A stretch of DNA of 64,000 bases, from contig NC_058368.1 of NCBI RefSeq assembly GCF_018350175.1, forward strand, positions 173,602,001-173,666,000, in the 5' to 3' direction. Origin of the DNA: Felis catus. Lineage: Eukaryota. Every line of letters begins with the position of its first letter. Positions within the stretch are counted from its first letter, which is position 1. Positions 29,630 to 42,400 of the stretch are shown here, in pieces. The position numbers were made by a program, and so were the translations under genes. Under the pieces are notes generated by a model that saw only the letters and a program-made list of their open reading frames with translations, searched no databases and was not told the DNA's origin.

Positions 29630-32600
29630 TTTGTTATAAAACATTTAATGTTAACCTACAATACAATGTAAACTTTTATGAAAAAAATTTAAAGTACACT
29701 AGATTTCTTCAGTAAATTATCACGTAACTATTCAGGCGCAGTACAAGTTGGGGCACTGCATCCTTTATGGATGGATTTCCTGTTGCTGCGTTCCTCACAA
29801 GTCCTAAAAAAGCCAGTTGTAAAGTGGAGCTCCTTGTTCAAGCACCAGATAATACTCCCCTGATTTTGCATTCTGGGGTTATCACTCCTTCCCACAGTCA
29901 TTTTCTGAAACTTTTTCCTTGGCCTTGGCACCATTAGCAATTTTCATAAAGACTGCTCAGTTGAAGATTATAGGTTCTTTTTTTTTTAAGAGATAAATAT
30001 TCTCCTCTGGCCATTTTTTATCCAACCATCATAGTGGAAGCAAGCGAGGACAAAGTATTTGCCGCAGGAAATTGTGCAGAAGTGGAAGAAAAGACCAGAG
30101 GCCCCACTGAGGCTGCAAAAATTCAACCGACTCCAATTGGAGGTCTTTGCTTGGTGATTTCCCATGGTTATTCAGCTGAATCTGCTTCAGTTTGGGGCGT
30201 GCAGAACAAAACTTGAAACAGGTGTCTTCGTTAGGTTGACGACTTGCTGTCTGAACAGCTGAAATAACCAAAGGTGATTTGGAAATGAGCAACTGCTTGC
30301 AGATCATCAGCTTCTCAGTATTTTCTCCCTTGCAGGTCCCATTGAGTTCTCCGAGGTCCTTGGGAGTAACATACAGATTGTACTGACTTGAAGTGATAAA
30401 ATGTGCATCCTTCATGGGGGAGGAAGGGAGATGGCACCAGGCAGCAGCCCTAGGGTCAGCAAGGAGACAGGAATGGGGTCTGAGCAAAGCAGGCCTGTTT
30501 CAACATGGACTAGGAAGGAACATGTGCTTCAGATAAAACTTCTTGAAACCTAAAGTAAATGAGTAGGCAATCCCAAGAGCTGTACCGACATAGACTTTTT
30601 CTTAATATTCTGGCATCTGACCTCCTTCACTGAACAAGTTTTGAAAGGGCAAGAGGCATAAAGTGCACACTGTAGAGTAAGATGCAGACTGAATTAAGGA
30701 AAAAGATTTACAACTTTCCAAGGAAGCATAAGCAAGACAGTACACCCAACCTAGAGAAGGCCCATAATACCCTCCTCTCCTGTGTAAGGCTAGGGAAACA
30801 GCTATGAATTTGACAGGGAGTGAGGCTCTGAGTTAAGTGGAAAAATTCCTCTTTGCATGGTTGTCAGCAGGAAGCAGACGTCACATAAAGCTAAGTGGAG
30901 AATATGGTTTATCCTGGTATTCACTCCAGATACATTTTATACCAACAGACAGTGATCTTCTACTCATCTGGCCCTGAGGCAGCTAGGAGCAGAATTAAGT
31001 TTTCCTATAGATGGTGTTCTAGACACCTGTGCCAAGGCCACCGGGAAATTCCCAGGCTCCCCACCCTGTCCCATGGTGTTTATCCCAACCACTGAGGGTT
31101 GCAGAAAATAGAAGCCACATCACTGCTACCTATAAGAGTGGCCCTTAGATTTTAGGTAAGCAAGAGAGAAAGCCTTTGGAGACTGCAAATCTACCAAGTT
31201 ATGCTTTATTTTGATATGAACCCCCAGCCTCACAGCATGCTAGGAACTACAGTTACTTTGGTAGCTTGCTGTGTTACAAGTCTGCACCAGTCTAGCTGTA
31301 GAACACTTTGGAATATTTGCCAGCTCATGCTGGCATCTATTAATACATGGCCTAACCCATGTACCCATTACTAGAAACTCAACCACAGAAGAGACATCCA
31401 GAGGTTAAAAAACCCTATTACTTAAACAGAGCAATAGAGGGAGAGGATTAAAAACTGCCTCCAGCAAGTGGCTACATTAGAAACTAAAATGTGCCTTCCA
31501 ACAACTTGGAAGTTCAGGAGTTTGGTCTTGGCTCCCCTCAAAGTCTCTAGTTCTAACTTTAAACCACCATCATCACCACCACCACCACCACCACCACCAT
31601 GACCACCACACTCCCACTGAGACAGGCAGGGCACTCTCATGGGGTTCTGCTGGTTCTACCATAGGCCCTGCTAGTCCTTTGGGAAGGCACCAAGCTTGGC
31701 AATTCAGAAAGCTCAGGGATGGGCACGAAGAGCATGCATGTGTCAGAAGAGGAATGAAGAGCTGCTATCCTTTGGTTCAGATCCCATTAATAACCACCTG
31801 GTACAGATTCCAAGGGAAAGCTGCAGTCATGTGTATAGGTGAGTATACACGGGAGTTCACACCACAAGTATGGGTATATCTGTCTATACATAGCCTTTGC
31901 AGGGCAATGAATCCAGATTTCCTCCCCAATACTCCAAGTGGGGCGCACAGGTGGCAAGAAAGGACAGCAAGAGTTGGACCAAAAAGAACAACCTCTCTGG
32001 GAATGTGAGAGGGACAATGGCAGAAATAAGCACAAACCAGCCCAGGGCACCTTTATTATACTCTTGTGGGCTAAGGAGCCCAGGGCATGAACTCATAGGT
32101 TTAAGAATTGGCTCTTTATCAAATAAAGTTAAGGGAAAAAAAAAAAAAAAAACCAAACACCTACGTCAGCCTCATTCCTTTGGTCATTACAAAGCAACAG
32201 AAAACATTTAAAAGTTATTCATAAATGGTGGGAAGTTCAAGGAACATCTCTGTTCTGTGCCTTCTCTTCCCTCTCTTCTCTGGTGGTGGGAGAAGCAAGT
32301 CCTCAAGAGATGCTGCAGTAGCTGGTTGATGGGGAGGTTTTTTCACTTTTATTTTCCATAAAAGCAAGAATGAATGAGAACTAGTGAGAATGTCCCCTTC
32401 CCCAGCTGGGACAATGACTGGGTTGGAGGTGAAGAGTCTCCTTTCGTTGGAAGGTGCGTGGTGCAGAGGCAGTAGGGAAGGGTGGGCTTGCCGGCGGGAA
32501 CATTCATTGCTGACCTCGCGCGCACACACAGGTGGTGACTCTTTTAGGCAGCATGGTTTCTGATCCTTCCTTAGGATGCAGCAGTCTTTTAAAAAAAATA

Positions 32601-32704
32601 TTGTATTATAATAATAATAATATGAATTTCTCTCTCTTGTTTTTTTGTTTTTGTTTTTCCATTTCTTTTAGGGATTAGGGTAGGAGGGGAGAGGAAAAAA
32701 ACTG
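29630..32704 (-). other. FAF2: FAF2 3'UTR (~3.1 kb)
   Basis: No interspersed repeats recognised from the stop codon down to ATTAAA (minus strand, 29644-29649). Internal AATAAA at 31205-31210, 32052-32057 and 32348-32353. Confidence 0.7.
31564..31609. repeat. (CCA)n/(TGG)n microsatellite in the FAF2 3'UTR
   Basis: ccaccatcatcaccaccaccacc... run. Confidence 0.9.
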
Positions 32705-32887
32705 TCATTCATCTGTAAGGTCCTGAACAAAGAGAACCTCTGTGTGGCTGAGTCCGGCCTCCTGCAGCGTGGGGGGGTTGGGCCACTCCTCTGAAGGGAT
32801 GCAGGGCAGCACCCGCCGGGGAAAGTTGGCTTCAATCTGAAACTTTTCTGGGCTTTCTTTCAAGGAGAATAAGAAGTCGTGGATTAC
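32705..32887 (-). CDS. FAF2: FAF2 exon 11 coding part (UBX, FPR loop)
   Basis: ctgcag|GTA; encodes [28 protein letters not shown]...VQDLTDE then TGA. Confidence 0.96.
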   Translation of the reverse strand, partial: VIHDFLFSLKESPEKFQIEANFPRRVLPCIPSEEWPNPPTLQEAGLSHTEVLFVQDLTDE

Positions 32888-35800
32888 CTGCAGATCATAC
32901 AGGAAAAGGGTGGTGAGAAAGACAAAGACAGACAACACAACTATGAAATCAAATATCCCTACCTCTCTCCAGGATGACTCTGAGATATGAAGTAATCACA
33001 TTACAGTGGAATTCTATTGTGAGGTCCTTCCATTTCACACAGCAAATACGTAAGGCAGTTCTTTGAAGAGATTACACAGCCAATGCAAGTCCTACTTCTG
33101 AACTGATTCATGTTTTTTTTTGTTTTTTGACAACTTGTTTGCTATAAAGCTAAAAATTTTTTTACTTAGAAATAATCAGAGGGGTGCCTGGGTGACTCAG
33201 TCAGTTAAGCGTATGACTCTTGATTTCAGCTCAGGTCACGAGATCAAGCCCTGCATTGGGCTTTGTGCTGACAGCATGGAGCCTGCTTGGGGTTCTCTCT
33301 CTCCCTCTCTCTCTCTCTGTCCCTCCCCTGAGCACGCTTCTTGCTCTCAGAATAAATAAGCTTAAAAAAACATAGGCGCCTAGGTGGCTCAGTCGGTTAA
33401 AAGTCCAACATTGGCTCAGGTCACAATCTCACAGTTCGTGGGTTCGAGCCCTGCATCCGGCTCTGCGCTAACAGCACAGAGCCTGCTTCAGATCCTCGGT
33501 CTCCCTCTCTGCCCCCTGCTGCTGTGCGCGCACACTCTCACGTGCTCTCTCTCAAAAATAAACATTAAGAAAAAAATCAGAGAGTTACAGAAACAGAAAT
33601 ACAGAATTTTTTTCTTTGAACCAGTTGAGAGCGAACTGCCAGCCTGACATCCCATCACCCCCAAAATACTTGTGCATGTCTTATAAATAGGACAATCTCC
33701 TACATAACCATAATATAGCCCTCAAAAAAAAAAAAAGCCAGGATATTAACTGGCACATTATTGTTGTAACATAATATATATTTATTATTAAAGTTTTCAA
33801 GTTTTGCTAGTTGCCTTTAATAGCAAAACGCATCAAGTTTAGGATTATGTGTTCCATTTCATTGTCACATCTTCTAAGCCTCCTCCTCTAGTCTGGAACA
33901 AATCCTCAATCTTTCCTTGACTTTCATGACCTTTCACTTTTTAAAGATAACTGGTCACTTATTTTGCAGAATGTTTTCTCAATTTGTTTGCCTGATGTTT
34001 ACTCATGATTAGATTCTAGATGTGTTCTTTGGAGGGCGTGTTAAAGAGATGCTGCTGCGTTCTACTAAATGCATCCTATGCAGTTGGAGCACAATTCCAA
34101 TCTGCCCCAGTGCCTATAATGTGCACTTTGATCACTTCATTAAGGTGGTGATTGCCTCTCCACTGTCCAAATTCTTCTTCTCTTTGTAATTAAAGAGATT
34201 CTGTGGGGAGGTACTTTGAAACTATAGACATAGTGTTCCTCAAACTTTCAACTTATTTATACTAACACAGAGTCATGATTTCCTACTTTAATAGGTTATA
34301 ATGTTATAATATTCCTTTTGATGTTCAAATTGTTCTAGATGGAGTCAGAAGGAGTCCAATCAAGATGGCTTCTGTGTCTTTATGGCAAGTCTCATCATTT
34401 TTTGAATAATTCCTTGCCTTCTGGCACAGGGTATTCCAGGCTGATCTTGTGTTTTCCTGCCCCAGCTCTGGAATCAGACATTTCTCCAAGGAGCCCTGGT
34501 TCTTCTTAATGGACAATGGTACTTAAAAGCCACGATCCAGGTGTTAGGTATGTTCATTGCTATTGGGGTGTTTCTGCTCCCAAGCACTCTCTGTGTAAAA
34601 AACTAGAGAATATGTGAATATACATACATACATTGAAATCTATATTTCTCTCTATATATGTACACAGAAAACCAGGAGTTTGCTTCCCCCTCCTCATCCA
34701 GTTCTGGCTTTAACACCCCACCCCACCACAGGCTACTCAGGCTCTGACTTCTGTGCACTCCTGTCCCCACATGTGGACACTCTCTTAATTTGGTCAAGAT
34801 CTGACACACTCCATGTGGACCTGTCCTCTGTGAGAATGCCCTCCTCACCCTGCTCTGACTCTGATAAAACAAAAGTAAATTCTTAATGAGAAGTAAGGTG
34901 ACATCAAGAAAACTCAAATTACTAAAACCTAAAATGTGAGGTACCTATGGAATAAGCCACCTTTATCATCCCCAGTCTCTGGATGCCACACATTAAGAAC
35001 AGGCACACTGGATCCACTCTGTGGCCCACTTTATCTAGCATGCTACTTCTACCAAAAAAGTCTAAAGGATGTGTTGTGGAGGGCACTGCTAACCTCTTTC
35101 TTTCAGGTCAATCCCAAAGATCAGGAACACAACATTCAAGTTACCCTTACTACTTTGAGGGAAGTTACATCTCATAAGTTTGTTCCCTTCTGTGTGAAGC
35201 AGTCCTTTCTTCATGTGTTTTAAACTGACCTCTTTAGAGCTTTTAAGAGGCTGCATACTTCATACATAACATACATACTCTAGAATTTACGGAGTAAATC
35301 CATGCTCTTCTCTAAATCCACTCATGATTTTATAAACTCCTCATATTTTAATCTATCAATCTCGATCATTTACAGTTCTTGTCTCTCTTTGCAATTTCCA
35401 TTAACCCTCACTCCCTTTTTATCTTGAGGTGCATCAGACATGTACCAAATATTACTGTTATGAACCCAACATGGGCTTGAGAAAGGTGAAACAATATTTT
35501 GTTTCCTTTTCAATCTGGTTTGAAAGTACTTAATCTGGTACAAAATGGGCATTTTCTGTTTACCACTAACAATGGACATCACCTCCAGAGGTCACTTTTA
35601 GTTCTAACAGATAGAAAAATGAATCCTGAGTATAATTTGGGTTCTAATAAGTATTTAACAGAAAGTCAGCTGCCACTTGTCTGCCCACTCATGAGACCTG
35701 GAGATTTTTCTATAGTTTATCCTTTTTTATCTTAGCATTTTACTATTATCAATAGCTGAGCTTCGTGCAAATGAAGTGTTTCACTGAGCATTCACTCTTT

Positions 35801-38800
35801 GAGATTATTTACAAAGGGCAAAGCTCGCAGGAAGACCAAAGTCTGCAAGAGCACAAAAACACTATAAATCATTACTTGGTTATATGTTAAAAACTCCATG
35901 AATGTTAAAGGCCCATACCACCACCACACTTCTCCTTTACACTTCTTTCCCATCTCTGAGTCTTGTCCCCACCTATGACCCAAGTATTTCTCTCAGTCTG
36001 AGGTTTTTGTGGTTTTTTTTAAAATAACTTTTACTGAGCACCTATTTAAGAGTCTTTAAGGATTCAATAGTTAACAAATGGGTTGGTTCCCCTTCTACCA
36101 GAAGCCTATTCTGTTCCACAATTCTAACAGATTTTCCTCCAAAACTCTCAAGAGAGTTAATTTTTGTTAGGTTTTTCACATACATAATGCGAGTTTCAGG
36201 AGTAGAAGCTCCACAGGGTTCAGGTGTACTATGATGTGAATGTGAGCATGGTGACAAGCCAAAATCCATATGCAAACCGTTGTTAGGAAACACATCAGGG
36301 GAAGGGAATGAACATTTAGTGACCACCTACTACATGGTATGTAGTATGTGAGGCTCATTCATATTATCCCAATTTAAAAATCAAAAGTTAGCGATGTGAG
36401 CACCTTCCCTCAATATAAATAAATGCATGAATGAGAGATAAACAGGAAAATGAGAGAGCTGCTCACTTTTCTTTCGCCAGGATTCCTCCCAACTTTTTAT
36501 CCTGCATTAGCGGAGTCTTACATTCCCTACTAGTCATAAGCTCCGTGAATTCCAGAACCATGTCTCACTCATCTGTATAATCCTTAGTGTCTAGAACAGT
36601 GACTGAGGTATCTTTAAAGTTATCGGAGGGCAGACTATACTTCATTTAACCGAGGAGGTATCTGAGGCCCTGTAAAATATTCTGCAACTTGTCCAACGTT
36701 CTTTACTTAAACAGGAGAAATAATAAATATGCTACCCAGGCTCACTTGACTACAATGCATCCTCATTACTATTACATAGTTTATTCTTGACTACTTCAAG
36801 TGATCAAGGAAATGGCAGAATCTACTGTAGTTGGTAAATCTGGAAAGGCAACATACCAACTCTCAATGTAAACAGAAACTTCCTTTTGGTTATACATACC
36901 AAAACCAACAGAGTTAGCATTTGAGTGCTTACTAAGAGCCAGGCACAATGTTGAGCCCTTTACGTATGAACTTAATCCTAACAACAATCCTATTAGAGAG
37001 TACCTAGTATTATACCAATTTTATAGATGAAGAAATTGAATCAAGGAAGTACACTGACCAAGAAAACACATCTCTAATCTTAGAAGCATGAAAATTTGAT
37101 CCTCATTCTGTGAGACTCCAAGAGTCTCTGCTCTTAACGATTTCCCTACAGAATGACAAACACTATTTACCTTTAGATACCAAATATACAAGGCAGCCCC
37201 ACAAAGTGAGGTTCCTGTGGACTAAATGGACAGGAATGGAAAATGACAACTGCATGCAAACTGTACATGCATTTATATTCAGATGTGTAAGGTCAGTGGA
37301 GATAGAGTGAGGGGTTCTAGTGGGATTCTGAAGCCAATGTGAGCCAAGCAGCGTGGAAGAGCCTCCCACCTCAAATATACAAGTCTTTTGTGGAGCTTCT
37401 TGGTAAGGTACACTTTTTTCTTAGCAGAGCTCAAACACGATGAAAGAAAACCATAAGAGCTGCTTTGAGTTGGCAGCTAGAACTGAAGGAACCCAATGGT
37501 TCATTGCACTCTTCTCTCTGTACACCCCTTCCTTCCCTGTTCATCAGCCCAGCAGATGTGCCAACAACACTCTCAAGACTCCTTAAAAGCTTCCAAATCT
37601 ATAGCCCAGACCCTACATACACTTTACACAACTTAGGCTGTCCTTACTGTTAGAGACTGTGAGAAGTGGAATCGTCTCTCTACTCGAGAATCATTGGGTA
37701 ATTTGAAAATGATCTTGACACTCTCAGGGTCATCAGGGGAAGGCTCCGGGGGCAGGCACTCCAACTTCCTTTCCTTTTCCTCTTGTAAATTCTGTATAGA
37801 CACAAAGCAAAATTGAGGCTATGGCTCCAATAGGGAAAACAGAAAACAGCAATACCATCACCACGTAGGTTTACTGTGAGGCCAGAAGAAAAATTAATGA
37901 CTAATATCTAAGACAAACTTCTTGGGAAAAGTCAGAAACACCCAAATTCAAAGTAGGATTGCATCACATGTATTATTTATTAACTATGTTAGGGCATTTA
38001 TCTATCCAAAAAAAGGCTTAAAAAATGGCTAAAAGGGATGGCTGGGTGGCTCAGTTGGTTAAGCGTCCAACTTCGGCTCAGGTCATGATCTCACGGTTCG
38101 TGAGTTCGAGCCCCGCGTCAGGCTCTGTGCTGACAGCTCAGAGCTTGGAGCCTGCTTCACATTCTGTGTCTCCCTCTCTCTCTGCCCCTTCCGTGTTCAT
38201 GCTCTGTCTCTCTCTGTCTCAAAAATAAATAAACATTAAAAAAAAATTAAAAAAAAAAATGGCTAAAAGACACTGGCTATAATAATCAAGTGGCAATATA
38301 TGATGAAAGAAGATCACGAATGAAATGCCAAATTAGCTAACACTGGTGCTAAAAAAATAAAAACTGCTGTGAATTAACAGCATTTTGACTGCTTGTTATC
38401 CATTTATGCTTACTTTTCATGGAAGAAAAGGCATGTTTTGCCTTTTACTCACTGTTGTTTCTGTTTTAATACACAAAAAAATTTTTTTAAAACTACTTTT
38501 TGTAAAAATGCAGTAAATATAAAAATGACAAGGAGTGGGTAGCTGGCTAGCTCAATCAGTAGAGCATGCAACTCTTGATCATGAGTTCAAGCCCCACAAT
38601 GCATGTAGAACTTAACTTACTTTAATAAAATGGCAAGGAGAATTAAAACACCCACAAATCCCATCATCTTCTAGTTTTTTTCCTTTCACACTTAGGGCCA
38701 CTTTGGGAATCACAAGGAGTAAAGACAGGTTCATTACCCGCCGACGTCTCTCCTCTGCCAACTTTTGTTGTTGTACTTCCTCTTCCTTCCGCCGTTTCCG

Positions 38801-39407
38801 TTCCCGCTCCTCCCGTTTCTTTCTTTCTTTCTCCTGGTCAGCCCTGAGAGAGGCCAGGTAGGCCTCATCCTGCTGTTGTCTCAGCACCTGGGTCTGGTTT
38901 CGTTCTTCCCTGTGGCCAAATCATAAGCACAGAAGGAAAAGAGCAATCTGTTTTTTTCTTATATTTTCTTATATTGAAATTTTTTGGGGGTAAAAAGGTG
39001 ACAATCTTGGTAGATGAGTATTTCATACTACCATAAAGGATTCCAAAGCAGAGCATGGCAGAATCTGAACAAGCCATCTTTTCCCCAGTTTAATTTGGCA
39101 AAAAAAAGAACTGGCAAGCTTTTCAACTTCACAATTAAAACTATTCTGTTCCTCAATTCTAACGAATCAAACAGTATTATTGTTGAAAAGCAATCATCAA
39201 GATCATGTTTTACAAATAATACCCTTTTGAGTTACTGCATTTTTGTATATATTGCTTTCATAAAACCAAAAACCACATCCGTGGATCTCGTAAGACTCAG
39301 AAAATGGAGAAATATCTTTGTTCAGAATTCTACTAAGAGAAAATATTGTAACGTTCTGGTGTATTTTCTATTTTCTCTCCCAAAAATTGTATATGTACGT
39401 ATACATA

Positions 39408-39463
<56 letters not shown>

Positions 39464-42400
39464 ACCATAAAATTATAAGAAAATATACCAGAATATTAAA
39501 AGTTGTGGTAGGATTATGGGTGATTTTAAATTTCTTTTTTGTGCTTTTCTGTATTTTCAAAGTTTTCTACAATTAACGTATAATACTTCTGTAATGGAGG
39601 GAAGGGTTTTAACAATTCCATGTATTTTATATTTAAGCTCCTTATATCATGGTTCAGCTATTTTAAATGACATGACATATATATTCCTGAGCCCAGACTC
39701 TTGTCTTTATTTGGATTCACATCTCCAGGAACAGATGATCTGATGGGAGAATTATTTAGGTCAAAGTACATAAGTATTCTAACACTAAATAGACAAGGTT
39801 TTCAAAGTTGCTTAAGACAGAGAAGTCAGGATCTATGGAGCCCTGGGTCAGCCACCCAAATTTACAGCTGGTTTCTGCTTGTTTCAGAGAGGAACTCCTC
39901 TGTACCTTTCAAGGCGTTCTGACACCAGGTAAGTCTGATTTGCATCCATGATAAACGTTAACTGGTTAATAAGGTCATCGGGCTGAATGAGGCCTTCTAG
40001 CCGTCCCACCACAGTCATCCTCCGATCCTTCAGCATAATCATGGCCAGGAATGGATAGGTGTTCTCTCGTAAAGCCTGTGACACTGACACAAAGAAAAGC
40101 CAACAGATTAAGGGCAGCCCTCGGGAAGAACCAGATCAGCTCTTAGACTTTCCACCATGAGCAAGAGAGAACTGTTTTAATTCCACCTGGGAAAGAAAGG
40201 AGGTGTCATTTATTCTCTGCATACCTTTTTTTTCCTCCTAGTTTCTTAACCTTTGTTGTTGGTATATTTTCGTGTCCCTATTTCCAGGTAATTTGATTAG
40301 AATAGGACAGACTTTTGTGGTGGGGTGGTTGTCATGATGATGCTAGGGAAGACTGCAGAGGTCAAGGACAGTGTCTTTTCGATAGGTAGGAAAGGATCTA
40401 TAAAGAATCTGGCTACTGCTGAGCATAATTTTTCTCTATGTTGGGTATCAAGCCTAAAGCAACTAAGACTGCAAATCTCAGTTTTATACTACTGGTGATC
40501 AACTCCTATCATCGTCTCTGCCTTTTCTTCCTCTTATTCAATCCCTTCCTTACTCCTTTTTTCACGTCTCCCTACCTTGCCCTCCATTAAAAGAGCTAGT
40601 TTTTCTGTTCCAAAGGAGTTTAGAAAGTTGGTCTTCCAAATAACCAATATTTTACCATAACAGAGTTTTACTTATGTTTTTCTTATGGTTTGAAAGAGAT
40701 TTTATAAGCATCTGTAAAAAAATATCCTTAGACTCTTTCTATTCACTACCCCCACCCCAGAGCCATATTAGAATGGCAAAACGCACCCTGTAGGAATTTA
40801 TCAGACAAGTTAGGGGTAAAGAGTCAGATTCTAAAATGTAGGCAAAACATCTTTGATTCACTGTGCTAGGATCTACTAGCACAGTGCCTGGTCCACTAGC
40901 ATATACTCAAAAGCTGCCAAACAGAAGCAACAGTAAAGTAATTGTATGTTTCTTCACTGGATACCTTTATATGCTATACTGACTTCTAAAAATACTTATC
41001 TCCATCTCCAGGTAAGAGTTACTGTCAACAAAGATCTGAACTTTCTGAATCCCTATCAGTACTCAAGGTACTCAAACAACTAATTCATTGTATAAGAAGC
41101 TCTGTTAAAACTGCTGCTGCTGAGAGTAAACTCCTCACTAAAAAGCCATTTAGATTAAAAGCAAGTTTCTGCACAGGACTGGGTGTTTTTAAAACTAAAA
41201 CAGGCCCTGGAGCACCTGGGTGGCTCAATTAAGCAGTTAAGTGTTCAACTTCAGCTCAGGTCATGATCTCAAGGTTTGTGAGTTCAACTCCCACGTCAGG
41301 ATCTCTGCTGTCAGTGCAGAGTCTGCTTAGGATCCTCTGTCTCCTTCTCTCTCTGGCCCGCCCCTGCTCACGCACGTGCTCTCTCTCTCTCAAAACTAAA
41401 CAAGAAGACATTTTAAATAAATAAAATAAAATAAAATAAAATAAAATAAAATAAAATAAAATAGGCCCTGGCAATGGTTACTTGTAAATAAAAGGCTAAG
41501 AGTCTGAGAGACGGAGCTTGCTAACTGTATGATCTTTGGTCAGTGGCTTAAACTCTCTGAGTCTGTTTCCTAAACCATAGATAATACAACCCCCATATCT
41601 CGGGATTACGGAGAGGATTAAATAAGATAATGTATACTAGCATTATGTCTACCACAGAATAATCATGCAATAAATGGCATGTTTTTCCAGATTATTCTAA
41701 AGATAGCTCAACAATCTCAATGAAGAAAAAGAAAGACAACTTACCCCTGTATCCCTCAGGTTTATTTGTGGAGCATGCCCAGAAGAGCATCCTAGTGTTT
41801 ATTAGGGAAATAACTTCAGGTGCACAGAGTGTGTTGCTGAGGAGAGGAATGAAAAGGACATGAGAAGAACCTACTTACTACAAAATATCAGCAAAAAAAC
41901 ACAAAAAAACCCACAAAAAAACAAAACAAAAAAACCGATCAATCCACTTACCGACAGAACTCATCAGAGTCCTGGTGATCATCTCCATGAAGATAAACCA
42001 AAAGAAAGCGAAGTTCTCGCTTGGCATCATTAAGTGCCTGTAGGAGACAGAAGACCACCAATTATTATGATGACTGTGCCTTGAGCTTTTAATTAGGCTA
42101 AGGGAACAAAAGGAGAATGAGGAAAAATGGTGAACAAGAAATCAGATTCCTGGGCTCCTACCTTCACACCCCTGGCATTATTCCCCCTACAGAAAGTCCA
42201 CGCTAACAAGCTTTAATGAAAAGGTTTTAGTGTTGTTAGGATTTAAACTGTATTAGGCACATGACAGTAGACAGGCTGACAAAGAAAAGTCCCAACAAAT
42301 CACAGAAGTCAGCTGTTCCCACAGTCTAAAGGAAGATAAAAACAGAAGAATCTGACCACGTGAAAAGGGAGGTGAGAATTTTGCCACTTTACAGCTACAA

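Noticed and set aside
38612..38737. Read-through of FAF2 exon 9 into the intron (UBX-less C-terminus)
   Set aside because: Ordinary chance open frame after a normal donor, ending at a SINE fragment.
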